Positions 1 through 9,129 are shown, counted from the first letter of the stretch. The stretch: 41,600 bases of DNA from Candidatus Hadarchaeota archaeon (GCA_964452145.1 CAYVLA010000016.1:1-41600), one strand, 5' to 3'. The notes: generated by a model from the sequence alone, not told the origin. Numbers and translations are program-made.

Positions 1-2
1 CC

Positions 3-1049
3 CACTCGGAGAGCCCGACCCCGATGAGCGCCCTCCTATCAGGCATAGTCGTCAAGGCCGGGTTGTACGGCATCATCAGGTTCTTCTTCCTCACATACGG
101 GTTCCCCCCAGGCTGGCCGGATATCGTGGTCCCGCTCGGCCTGGTAACTGCCTTCGTCGGAGGTTTCCTTGCAGTCTTCCAGATGGATGGCAAGCGTCTC
201 ATCGCCTTCTCCACCGTTTCGCAGATAGGATTGATCACTATGGGCCTGGGATCCGGGGGGGCAATGGGCACGGCGGGAGCCCTGCTGCACATACTCGGCC
301 ACAGCCTCTATAAGTCCCTGCTATTCATTTCGGCGGGCTGGGTGATGGCATCCGCTGAGACGAGGGATCTGGGGAAGGTTTCCATCGAATCGAAGGGCCT
401 GTGGCCTTTCTTTGTGGTCGGTCTACTGTCGATCTCCGGGATTCCATTCTTCAGCGGCTTCTATGGCAAGTCCCTCATTGCTAAGTCCATCGCTCCCGGC
501 TTTCCGATCCTGTCCGCTCTCTCATCTCTTGTGGGTATGTTCACACTTCTTGCATACATGAAGCTGGGCTGGTTTCTCTTCGTCCACAGGAGGGGAACCA
601 AATGCAGCATTGACACTCCTCGGAGCATCATGATGATCACCGGCGTTCTGGCATCCGTTTGTCTCCTCCTTGGTTTGCTCCCTCCGCTGGTCATCCCGAT
701 GGTCGATGCAGGACTCGGGTTAGGCGGCCTCCGAACCCCTGTGCCTTCGCCCCTCGAACCGATCCCTTCCAACCTCCTCGGCTACGGCAGCTTGGCGGCC
801 GCGCTGTTGATCTGGTCGAGGAAGGAGATGGTCCACCGCTGCTTGACGACAGGTCCGCTGAGACTCGTGGGGGGACTCGCCAAGCGGGAACTTCACTTCG
901 GTGAGGCTTACTCCGTAGGATCAAAGGGGCTGTTGAGGGTTTCCCGTCTGTCGACCCGGGTCGCCACCGGGAACGCCGGACACTACGTTGCGTATGCTGT
1001 AGTGATCTGGTTGTGCGGCTCGATTCTTATGGCTGGAGGCCTGCTCTGA
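3..1049 (+). CDS. Mrp/complex I antiporter-like subunit (MrpD/MbhH/NuoM type), 5' truncated by the window edge
   Basis: The frame is open from position 3 (HSESPTPMSALLSGIVVKAGLYG, the TM7-8 AHxxAPxPxSALLSG motif). It also has KRLIAFSTVSQIG, GHSLYKSLLF and GIPFFSGFYGK. The ATG at 24 is internal. Confidence 0.9.
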   Translation, partial: HSESPTPMSALLSGIVVKAGLYGIIRFFFLTYGFPPGWPDIVVPLGLVTAFVGGFLAVFQMDGKRLIAFSTVSQIGLITMGLGSGGAMGTAGALLHILGHSLYKSLLFISAGWVMASAETRDLGKVSIESKGLWPFFVVGLLSISGIPFFSGFYGKSLIAKSIAPGFPILSALSSLVGMFTLLAYMKLGWFLFVHRRGTKCSIDTPRSIMMITGVLASVCLLLGLLPPLVIPMVDAGLGLGGLRTPVPSPLEPIPSNLLGYGSLAAALLIWSRKEMVHRCLTTGPLRLVGGLAKRELHFGEAYSVGSKGLLRVSRLSTRVATGNAGHYVAYAVVIWLCGSILMAGGLL

Positions 1050-1583
1050 GTGTACGAACACACCATACACATCTTCGGGCTGCTGGCAGCGATCGCGTGC
1101 GCCCTTCTAGTCATGCACTTCAGGGACCTGCTCTCCTGTGCCTTAGCTTTGGGCGGATGCGGCTTCTTCGTTGCCTGGGTCTATTTTGCCGTGAAGGCCC
1201 CCGACCTGGGAGTCGTCCAGCTGGTGATCGAGGTGATCAAGATGTGCGTCCTGATCATCGTGGTTGCCAAAACGAACAGGATAGGGTTCTCGGCGGAGCC
1301 GCGACGCACCCGCCTCCTGGTGGCGGCCGCACTGACGCTTCTGCTATTCTCATTCGTGTTCGTCGCCCTGCCCCCGATCTCCCCCTACGGCGGCAGCCCT
1401 TCGGAGCTGGCCCAACGTTACGTCGAGTCCGGCGAAAGTGAGACCGGCAGCGCCAACATCGTCACATCCATCCTCCTCGGCTTCAGGGCCTACGACACGC
1501 TGGGGGAGGTGTGCGTGCTCTTCGTCTCCATAGTCGGCATCTCGCATATCATGAAACGTGGAAGAAAGAGGAGGGAGACATGA
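1050..1583 (+). CDS. DUF4040 + MbhE-like subunit (equivalent to the MrpA C-terminal helices)
   Basis: KAPDLGVVQLVIE and NIVTSILLGFRAYDTLGE motifs; hydrophobic; GTG start directly after the upstream stop. Confidence 0.85.
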   Translation: MYEHTIHIFGLLAAIACALLVMHFRDLLSCALALGGCGFFVAWVYFAVKAPDLGVVQLVIEVIKMCVLIIVVAKTNRIGFSAEPRRTRLLVAAALTLLLFSFVFVALPPISPYGGSPSELAQRYVESGESETGSANIVTSILLGFRAYDTLGEVCVLFVSIVGISHIMKRGRKRRET

Positions 1584-1584
1584 G

Positions 1585-1998
1585 ATGTCCCTCCCGGTGA
1601 GAACGGTCTCGAGCCTGCTCACGCCCCTGATCTTTGCCTACGCCGTCTACCTCGTGGTGATGGGAATCTACTCCCCGGGAGGGGCCTTCGCAGGGGGGGT
1701 TGTCGTTGGTGTGGTGGCCTGCCTCGGGGTTGTCGCCCGGGAAGGGGAAGGGGGCGTCACCTTCGACGGGAGGTGGGCATACAGGGGTCGCAGTCTGGGT
1801 TTCGGCCTGATCCTCTTGTTCGGATTCCTGACGCTGCTGCTTTGGGGCAGTTTTCTACAGACGGGCATCCTGCTTGGGACCGGGGTGATCGGCCGATCAC
1901 CGTTGGTGGTGGCTCTGGCCTTCGCGACCGGAATGGTCGTTGGCGGTGAGATGGTCGTCGCGGTTGCGGCAATGCTCGAAGAGGAGGTCGTCCCTTGA
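1585..1998 (+). CDS. mnhB: MnhB/MrpB subunit
   Basis: SPGGAFAGG motif, four hydrophobic segments; ATG at 1585 after a GGAGG-like sequence (ORF-track start at 1558 is probably too long). Confidence 0.85.
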   Translation: MSLPVRTVSSLLTPLIFAYAVYLVVMGIYSPGGAFAGGVVVGVVACLGVVAREGEGGVTFDGRWAYRGRSLGFGLILLFGFLTLLLWGSFLQTGILLGTGVIGRSPLVVALAFATGMVVGGEMVVAVAAMLEEEVVP

Positions 1999-2342
1999 CC
2001 GGGGTGATGGCGAACCTGCCCTATCTGCTCTCATTCCTACTCGTCCTCCTTGGGATCTACTGCGTCCTCTCATACCGAGATCTCGTCAAGATCATCTGTG
2101 GCTTCTCCATCTCCGGATACGGAGTCAATCTGTTCTTCGTTCAGATCGGTTACGTGCACGGCGGGGGACCCCCGGTTCCGCCGTTGCAGGATGTCGTGGT
2201 CGACCCGCTTCTCCAGGCCTTCGTCCTGACCGCGATAGTGATCGAGTTCGGGTTGATGATGCTCATGCTTTCGTTGGCTATGAGGATATACGAGAAGACG
2301 GGTGATATGGACATCGGCCTTCTGGGGAGGTTGAAAGGATGA
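1995..2342 (+). CDS. mnhC: MnhC/MrpC subunit
   Basis: VDPLLQAFVLTAIVI signature; three TM segments; alternative ATG at 2007. Confidence 0.9.
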   Translation: MTGVMANLPYLLSFLLVLLGIYCVLSYRDLVKIICGFSISGYGVNLFFVQIGYVHGGGPPVPPLQDVVVDPLLQAFVLTAIVIEFGLMMLMLSLAMRIYEKTGDMDIGLLGRLKG

Positions 2343-3817
2343 GTCAGGGACTCCCGATGCTCATCATCCTGCCGCTTGCGGGAGGTCTGACGAGTCTCGC
2401 CCTCCCATGCGGCCGACGGCTTAGAGCGGCGCTTGTTGTGGCCATCCTTGGCACGATGTCCGCCTTCCTGATCCCGATTCTGGGCAATGCGCTTAAGGGC
2501 GAGATACAGGTTCATTCAGCTGGCAACTGGCCTCTGGGTCTGGGGCTGGGACTGGCTGCTGATCTCATGGGCAGCCTCATGCTTGCCATCACACTCGGTC
2601 TATCCTGGATCTGCATGGCCTTCTCCTTTGGGGAGCTGGGTGAGGATGAGGGCATCGGCCGTTTCCACTGCGCCTTCCTGTTCCTCCTCTCGGGTCTGAA
2701 CGGCATGGTCCTTGCCACCGATCTTTTCAACATGTTCGTCTTTGTGGAGGTCGTCTCGGTTGCGGCGTACGTGCTCGTTGCCCATTTCGGCGGAGAGGAA
2801 GAGCTTGAGGGTTCCCTGAAGTACATGATCATTGGGACCCTATCCAGCTTGGTCTTCCTGATCGGGATCGCGATGCTGTACGACCAAGTCGGTAGCCTGA
2901 ATCTCGGTTCAATTGGTGAATACCTCTCCTCAAGAGGCTCCAGCGGTGCCGTGGATTTCTCGGTGCTGATGGTACTGATCGGGATGGGAGTGCCTGCCGC
3001 GATCTTCCCTCTGCATGTGTGGATGGCGGACGCCTATTCGGGGGCGCCGTCCACATACAACGCGATATCATCGGGAGCATCGGTCCAGGTGGCGACATTC
3101 GCCATGGTGAGGATCTTCCATCAGTCCATGGGTCGAGGGTCGGTGGGCATCTTGGATGTTCTGCCCTGGGCGGGGCTCGCCACCGCCCTCCTTGGGGCGC
3201 TGATGGCCCTGAGCCAGACTGACCTAAGGAGGTTGTTGGCCTACACGACGGTGTCGAGTGGAGGTTTCTCCGTTCTGCTCCTGAGTCTGGGCAGCACCGT
3301 GGGTTTCAAATCGCTCTCCCTTCACCTATTGAACCACGCTGCTGCCAAAGCCCTGCTCTTCCTCTCCGCTGGATGCCTCATAAGAGCCCTTTCCGTCAGG
3401 GACCTCGAGGGAATGAGGGGTGCTTGGTCTGTGTTGCCAGCAACCTGCATCGCCGTCATCATCGGGGCCGTTGCCGACTTTGGAGGACCCTCCCTGGGGT
3501 TCCTGAGCAAGTGCTTCATGTTTCTCGCCCTGCTGGAGTCCGGTCCCATCTTCGTAGGGGTGTCGGCCGTATCGGTCATCCTGGTTGCGGTTACCTATCT
3601 GAAGGTGTTTCAGGTCCTCCTGGACACGGGACCTGGTTCATCGGAGGCCGCTCGGCCGGTTCGCGTGCCTAGATCGATGTCGGTCCCAGTGGCTGTGTTG
3701 GCCCTGGCCTGCGTTGTACTCGGTCTGGCCTCCTGGATGATTCTTGGTCTGGCGGAGAAGGCAGCCTCTCAGATAATGGATGCAGCTGCCATGATATCCG
3801 TATTTCTGGGGATCTGA
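2339..3817 (+). CDS. mnhD: MnhD/MrpD antiporter-like subunit with substituted key lysines
   Basis: GNWPxGLGLxLAAD, TDLFNMFVFVEV, FPLHVWMADAY, RRLLAYTTVS and NHAAAKALLFL motifs; ATGA overlap with mnhC. Confidence 0.9.
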   Translation: MSQGLPMLIILPLAGGLTSLALPCGRRLRAALVVAILGTMSAFLIPILGNALKGEIQVHSAGNWPLGLGLGLAADLMGSLMLAITLGLSWICMAFSFGELGEDEGIGRFHCAFLFLLSGLNGMVLATDLFNMFVFVEVVSVAAYVLVAHFGGEEELEGSLKYMIIGTLSSLVFLIGIAMLYDQVGSLNLGSIGEYLSSRGSSGAVDFSVLMVLIGMGVPAAIFPLHVWMADAYSGAPSTYNAISSGASVQVATFAMVRIFHQSMGRGSVGILDVLPWAGLATALLGALMALSQTDLRRLLAYTTVSSGGFSVLLLSLGSTVGFKSLSLHLLNHAAAKALLFLSAGCLIRALSVRDLEGMRGAWSVLPATCIAVIIGAVADFGGPSLGFLSKCFMFLALLESGPIFVGVSAVSVILVAVTYLKVFQVLLDTGPGSSEAARPVRVPRSMSVPVAVLALACVVLGLASWMILGLAEKAASQIMDAAAMISVFLGI

Positions 3818-4318
3818 ATGAAGGGAAGGCATCTTATTGTCTCGGCGATGGCCCTTACGGTCTGGCTGATGCTTGCGCCGTTCATGTCGATGGAGTACCT
3901 CGTCGCGGGCATTCTGGTTTGTGCTGGCGTTGGCATCGCCTTCGGGAGGTCGGCCTTTGCAGAAGCGGGATGGAGCTTCCTCTCCCCCAAGCGTTGGTTC
4001 TACTTCATGGTCTATCTTCTTGTTCTGGTGCGAGGCATAACCCTGGCGGGACTGCTCTTGGCAAGGATGATTCTGAAGAGGAATATCCTGATCTCACCCG
4101 GAGTGGTTGCCATACCAACACATCTCAAGAAGCGCTGGGAGATCACGCTCCTCGCCAACTCGATCACCCTTACTCCCGGGACTTTCTTCCTAGACATGAA
4201 CGAAAAGGAGAACGTCCTCTATGTCCACTGGATCTCCATGCAATCCGAGAAGGTGGCCGATACTAGGAGGATGATCACGGAAAGCTACGAGAAGATACTC
4301 TCCAAGGTGTTTGAATGA
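3818..4318 (+). CDS. mnhE: MnhE/MrpE subunit
   Basis: LLANSITLTPGT and LYVHWI signatures. Confidence 0.92.
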   Translation: MKGRHLIVSAMALTVWLMLAPFMSMEYLVAGILVCAGVGIAFGRSAFAEAGWSFLSPKRWFYFMVYLLVLVRGITLAGLLLARMILKRNILISPGVVAIPTHLKKRWEITLLANSITLTPGTFFLDMNEKENVLYVHWISMQSEKVADTRRMITESYEKILSKVFE

Positions 4319-4575
4319 TCGCCTTCTTCGTCTGGCCAGCCATCGCCGTGCTGTTGGTCTCCATTGTCCTTTGTCTCGTGAGGCTTGCCAGGGGCCCATT
4401 TGCGGCCGACCAGTTACTCGCGTACGGGACATTGACGTCCACCTCGATCGGTTTGTTCATGATAATCGGCGTGATTCATGAACCGATGTTCCTCGAGGCT
4501 CTCGTTCCGCTCGCTCTGGTCTCGTTCGTTGCCCTCCTCTTCATCGCAAGATTCATGGAGGCTGAGGTTGAATGA
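4315..4575 (+). CDS. mnhF: MnhF/MrpF subunit
   Basis: 86 aa, three TM segments, RLARGPxxxD motif, position between mnhE and mnhG. Confidence 0.85.
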   Translation: MIAFFVWPAIAVLLVSIVLCLVRLARGPFAADQLLAYGTLTSTSIGLFMIIGVIHEPMFLEALVPLALVSFVALLFIARFMEAEVE

Positions 4576-5615
4576 GCGCCTGTCTCGCGTTGCAGATCGT
4601 CGGCGGAGTCCTGATGCTGGTGGGGGCCTTCTTCGCCCTTATCGGGAGCCTTGGACTGGTCAGATTCCCGGATCTGTACACCCGCCTCCACGCGGGCTCA
4701 AAGGCGGTTACCCTGGGGGTCGGCGGCATGGCGCTGGGCTCCCTGGTCCTGGCCCCGAATGCCGCCTCTGGGGCAAAGATATTACTAGCGATGGCGTTTC
4801 TGTTCTTCACCTCGCCCGTCACCTCTCACGCGATAGGGAGGGCGGGTTACTACGCCGGTGAAAGGATGAGCCCGGAGACCGCAAAGGACGACTACGAGAC
4901 CTATGCGATTCTCGACCGAAGGGAGAAGCTTCTGAAGGCCCGGGTCAGGGGACGGGCCTGGCTGGGTGAGAAGAGGCAGCGAGAGGTCTTCGAGCTTGCG
5001 AGCCAGCATATGCAGAGAACCTTGGAGGCCGTGAGGCTGATGCACAGGGCCGTTCAGGACTTCCTGCAGGGCAATCTGGAGACCATGGAACGGGAAGCCT
5101 CCCGATCGATCTCGCTGGTCAACGAGTCGGACAAGCTGTCGGTCCACGCACTCGAGGTCATTTCCAAGTCCAAGCTCTCACCCGAGGACAGGGGAGACCT
5201 GCTCAACCTGGTCTACAAGGTGAGAAATGTCGCGACAGCTGCGAAAGCCCTCGCCTACAGGTTGGAGCTCGCCGAGGAGTACCACTTCCCCGCCAAGATC
5301 GTGCCCGGCCTTGCGCAGCTCGCCGACACGGTCATGAAGACTGTTGAGACCCTGGTCTCCGCCGCCGATGAGCTCAACGCGGATCTCATCGCCGCTGAGG
5401 AGCTTTCGGATCTGGTCTCGGAACTCGAGGACATGGTGGACAGGATCCGTCGGGATCTCATCAAGCTTCTGCTTAAGGAGTCAAAGCTGCTGGATGCTCC
5501 CTCATTTTTCGTCGTGAACGAGGTCATCATGCGATTGGAGGACCTAGCGGACTCGTGCGAGGAGACAGCGGACCATATCAGGATAATCGCGGTCAAGTAC
5601 GTCCGCTTGGTTTGA
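4572..5615 (+). CDS. mnhG: MnhG/MrpG fused to a C-terminal DUF47 (PhoU-like) domain
   Basis: The N-terminal ~100 aa carry RFPDLYTRLHAGSK and TSPVTSHAIGRA. The C-terminal ~220 aa are a helical domain with EDRGDLLNL, LEDMVDRIRR and LEDLADSCEETAD, and align by eye with the DUF47 at 22053..22748. Confidence 0.88.
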   Translation: MSACLALQIVGGVLMLVGAFFALIGSLGLVRFPDLYTRLHAGSKAVTLGVGGMALGSLVLAPNAASGAKILLAMAFLFFTSPVTSHAIGRAGYYAGERMSPETAKDDYETYAILDRREKLLKARVRGRAWLGEKRQREVFELASQHMQRTLEAVRLMHRAVQDFLQGNLETMEREASRSISLVNESDKLSVHALEVISKSKLSPEDRGDLLNLVYKVRNVATAAKALAYRLELAEEYHFPAKIVPGLAQLADTVMKTVETLVSAADELNADLIAAEELSDLVSELEDMVDRIRRDLIKLLLKESKLLDAPSFFVVNEVIMRLEDLADSCEETADHIRIIAVKYVRLV

Positions 5616-5932
5616 ATCCGCGCCTCAACCGATCGGTTTGGGGCTTCGCCTAGGCGCCGTTCGCTTTCCTATCTGTCGCCGGGCATCTGGCTTTGGGCAG
5701 GAACCTGTGCGCTCTCGCATGCGTTGTGCTTCTCGGCCGAACTGGCCCACCTCCCCGTCCTGTTCATAGGGCTTGGAAGACTCCTCTCACAGTCCGGGGC
5801 ACCTCATCTGTACCGGTGTCAGCAGAGAGTCGGGCGGTAGCGTTCGCAGGAGGAGGATCCCTGTATTTCTATGCCGAGACTTTGTGAACGACTTCTCAAC
5901 ACTTTCCGCTCCGGTTCGGCCATGCTTATCTC

Positions 5933-7201
5933 TTGTTGCGCGGTAAGCGTTTCGTGCTGTTCTTTCTCAACGTCGTCTTCTTCGCCCTGTGCGGGGCATG
6001 CCTGGGGGTCATGACCGGATGTACCCCGGGCGTGCACGTAAACATGGTTTCCCTCATGGTGATCAGCATCTGTGCAAACTCTCCCCTCGAGCCCCTTTTC
6101 TTCGCGGTTGTGGTGCTATCGATGGCCGTTGTGCAGACCTTCCTCGACATCCTGCCAGCCATCTTCCTTGGGGCACCGGACCCGGATACGGCCCTCTCGG
6201 TTCTCCCAGGACATCGGATGCTGTTGGAGGGCAAGGCGTTCGAGGCAGTGAGCCTCTCGGCCTTCGGAAGCCTTGGGGCGGTAATCCTTGCCGGGGCGAT
6301 GGCATTGCCGATGTTGGTTCTGATCCCTCTGATCTATCCACTGCTCTCAGCTTTCCTGTTTCCGGTCCTGTTGCTCGTTGAGGCGAGCATCATAACCACC
6401 GAGAAGACGCCTGTCAAGATGCTCTCAGCCATTTCGATCATCCTGCTCAGCGGGGCTCTAGGACTGCTCATCACAAGCTCGGGCTTCATGCCGACCGACA
6501 AAGCCTTGTTTCCCGCCCTGTCGGGACTCTTCGGGATATCGACCCTGCTGCTGAGCTCTGAGAGCGGCGTCAGGATTCCGCCCCAGATTCCTTGCCATGG
6601 GACCAGCCTGCCGAAGGCATCGATGATCAAGTCCGTCCTAGCCGGATTCTTCGCAGGCATGACCACGGGCATACTTCCCGCCGTGGGCAGCGCCCAGGCG
6701 ACCATAATCGCCCAGAGGGTGACCGGTGAGAACGATCACCGATCCTTCATAGTGGCAGTCAGCGGCGTGAATACGGGTAACATGATATTCGGCCTGATAG
6801 CCCTTTACACCATCAGCAAGGCGCGAAACGGAGCTGTGAAGGCCGTTGAGAAGATACTCGGTGGCAACCTGGACTTCAGCACATTGATGCTGCTCATCGG
6901 GGTCGTCCTGCTGTGTGGAGGCATAGGGGCTCTGCTGACAAGATTGGTGGGCGGGGTGTTTGCCAGAAACATCACTCGCCTACCATACGTGCCTCTGGCC
7001 CGGGGCATAGTGCTCATGATAACCGTTCTGGTGGCGCTGGTGAGCGGGCCAAAAGGTCTCCTGGTGCTTCTTGTTTCAACTTTCCTAGGCTTTCTGCCCC
7101 CTACGATAGGGGTGAAGCGGGTGCACAACATGGGCCTTCTCATGGTCCCAACGCTGGTCTACTTCTCGGGATACCAGTCGATGATCCTGGGGCTGTTCTG
7201 A
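5933..7201 (+). CDS. TctA/DUF112-family tripartite tricarboxylate transporter permease (archaeal type)
   Basis: TGCTPGVHVN, PAIFLGAPDPDTALSVLPGHRMLLEG and PALSGLFG motifs; highly hydrophobic; true start may be slightly downstream. Confidence 0.88.
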   Translation: MLRGKRFVLFFLNVVFFALCGACLGVMTGCTPGVHVNMVSLMVISICANSPLEPLFFAVVVLSMAVVQTFLDILPAIFLGAPDPDTALSVLPGHRMLLEGKAFEAVSLSAFGSLGAVILAGAMALPMLVLIPLIYPLLSAFLFPVLLLVEASIITTEKTPVKMLSAISIILLSGALGLLITSSGFMPTDKALFPALSGLFGISTLLLSSESGVRIPPQIPCHGTSLPKASMIKSVLAGFFAGMTTGILPAVGSAQATIIAQRVTGENDHRSFIVAVSGVNTGNMIFGLIALYTISKARNGAVKAVEKILGGNLDFSTLMLLIGVVLLCGGIGALLTRLVGGVFARNITRLPYVPLARGIVLMITVLVALVSGPKGLLVLLVSTFLGFLPPTIGVKRVHNMGLLMVPTLVYFSGYQSMILGLF

Positions 7202-7301
7202 GCTTCCGGGTGTGTCATCCAATGAATGGACGCCGACGACTGGCCACGCCCGAGAACCTCATCGGAAGATATAAGAGGTATTCCGCCTCCACGCCTTCGC
7301 C

Positions 7302-8129
7302 TTGCCGAGCATTGACCCCAAGCTGTCGGCGATGCTCACTATCTGCGTCATCCTCTCGACTCTCGCTGTAATCACCGTCTTCAAGGCCCAGCAACCGGAA
7401 GAGCTTGCGTGTCTGAGGAACAGGTTTCCGGAGGTTTTCGTGCGTGACTCGGCCCAGAAGGGAATCGAGACGTCCTTCTCCTTCGGTGTCATGTCCGGTC
7501 GGGATCTGAGGCGGATGGAGCTCAAGTTCTTCATGTTCTACGAGGAGCCCCCCACCTACAATGAGAAGGGGTGGACTCCGGGGAATGAGACCACGTTGGA
7601 GGAAGTGGTTTCCCGCATCCCGGCCATAGCCGATCTGTGCTCGGCCGTCTCCTCCCTAGGGGGTGAATACGAAGTGTTAGAACGCCAGGTTGAGCTGGAC
7701 GGAGTATCGTATGAGGCGATGCAGTACGATTTCTCCAGCTTCCTCGGCACCTTCAACGACGACCGAACCCTCTCTTGTCACGTCTCCATCTACATGGTCC
7801 TCAAGAAGGGGACGAGCATACGATGTTTCCAAGGCCGGAACGGGTTCTTCCTCGATCAGGAAGGAACCATCCAGTATCTTTCCATCTCGGTCGATGAGAA
7901 CCGGACGGAGTACTATCCGTCCAAGATGGGCGCGGCTCCACCCGGCATCCTCAGGTATGATGATTTCCACAGAAACCAGAAGGTCGCGGTGATCTACGAG
8001 GTTCTGGCGGACGACTCGGTACTCCCGGAGGCCCCTCCGATTGCGGGTCGATCACTGCTTCAGGTGGTCAAGGGGTATGCGGACGGCAGCTTGGCCCTCT
8101 TCCTTGTCAATCCGATACCAATGGGCTAG
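7302..8129 (+). CDS. Hypothetical protein with N-terminal membrane anchor/signal
   Basis: 275-aa ORF with a hydrophobic N-terminus (AMLTICVILSTLAVITV); AT-rich AGATATAAG element about 30 nt upstream. Confidence 0.7.
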   Translation: MPSIDPKLSAMLTICVILSTLAVITVFKAQQPEELACLRNRFPEVFVRDSAQKGIETSFSFGVMSGRDLRRMELKFFMFYEEPPTYNEKGWTPGNETTLEEVVSRIPAIADLCSAVSSLGGEYEVLERQVELDGVSYEAMQYDFSSFLGTFNDDRTLSCHVSIYMVLKKGTSIRCFQGRNGFFLDQEGTIQYLSISVDENRTEYYPSKMGAAPPGILRYDDFHRNQKVAVIYEVLADDSVLPEAPPIAGRSLLQVVKGYADGSLALFLVNPIPMG

Positions 8130-8139
8130 AGATGGTGAG

Positions 8140-9129
8140 ATGAAATCAGCAGCCTTGGTTGTCGCGCTTTGCCTGATGGGATCGATGAGCATCTGTCAGG
8201 CCGCCGGGTGGACGCCCAAGGTGCTGATATACTCCTCAGGCATGCCGGGTCTTGCCCAGGGGCTAAGGGATCTGTTGGAGAGCCGGACTGAGGCAGCCGA
8301 GTTCATGGTGTTGGAGCGCCCTTCACAGCTTTCATCGCTGCTTGCGATGCCTGATGTGAGCTGCGTCGTGCTGGCGGTCATGGCCGGCAGCGAGATCAAG
8401 ACCCTGGTCGACCCCCTCTATCAGTACTTCCAAAACGGCGGTGCCCTCATCGGCTTTCAGGGTTGCGGCGACACCAAGCAGGTAGGAATACTAGCCACCC
8501 AGGTGTTCCCTGTCTTCGGGAACTCCACGGGCTCTCCGGTCATGAAGGAGGGCAGACCGGTTAACGAATACGTCCGGGACCAATCAATCGAGGGCTACTT
8601 CGACGTCCCCCGGAGCTTCGATCTGGTCGGCCAGTTCTTCTCCTACTCCACAAATGCCACCCGGCACCAGATCGATCCTTCCCCAGCCCTCGGCCTGAAG
8701 ACCGTCCTGTTCCGCGAGAGCAAGACCAATGCCCCCTTGGTTGTGGCATACGAGAACCCGAATGGTTCAAGATCCGTTTGCTTCGCCGGATGCTTCGTAA
8801 GATCTCAGGAAACTGAGAAGAACTACTTCGGTCGTCTCTTGGAGGACCCGAACTTCATCCAGTTGATCACCGATGCTCTCAACTGGACCACCCAGGGGGC
8901 CACTAGATCATCCAGGTACCAATCCATCTACCAGGATCTGATCCGGAGCGAAAGCGACAGGGTGGAGGATCTGCTCGCCACCGCTGAGAAGTCAGAGAGG
9001 GACCGAAGAAACCAGCGGGTTCTGCTTCTCTCCCTGGCATGGGCCGCGGGAATCATCGCGATCTCGGTGCTTGCATACTTCGGGTTCGTCAAGGGCGGGA
9101 GGGCACCTGCCGAGGACGGTGTGCCCTAG
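8140..9129 (+). CDS. Secreted, C-terminally membrane-anchored protein with a class I GATase/ThuA-like fold
   Basis: Signal peptide MKSAALVVALC...CQA; YFQNGGALIGF and GSRSVCF...ITDALNW resemble GATase/ThuA strands; C-terminal TM followed by VKGGR. Confidence 0.65.
   Translation: MKSAALVVALCLMGSMSICQAAGWTPKVLIYSSGMPGLAQGLRDLLESRTEAAEFMVLERPSQLSSLLAMPDVSCVVLAVMAGSEIKTLVDPLYQYFQNGGALIGFQGCGDTKQVGILATQVFPVFGNSTGSPVMKEGRPVNEYVRDQSIEGYFDVPRSFDLVGQFFSYSTNATRHQIDPSPALGLKTVLFRESKTNAPLVVAYENPNGSRSVCFAGCFVRSQETEKNYFGRLLEDPNFIQLITDALNWTTQGATRSSRYQSIYQDLIRSESDRVEDLLATAEKSERDRRNQRVLLLSLAWAAGIIAISVLAYFGFVKGGRAPAEDGVP

Noticed and set aside
3..5615. Calling the operon a membrane-bound hydrogenase (Mbh/Mbx)
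   Set aside because: No hydrogenase or Nuo-like redox subunits follow mnhG. The upstream part is not visible, so this is unsupported rather than excluded.
5616..5932. About 300-nt spacer with short Cys-containing frames (ORF 5693..5887 and minus-strand fragments)
   Set aside because: No recognisable motif, start signal or convincing RNA structure
5933..7201. TctA without TctB/TctC
   Set aside because: Stand-alone TctA/DUF112 is the normal archaeal situation
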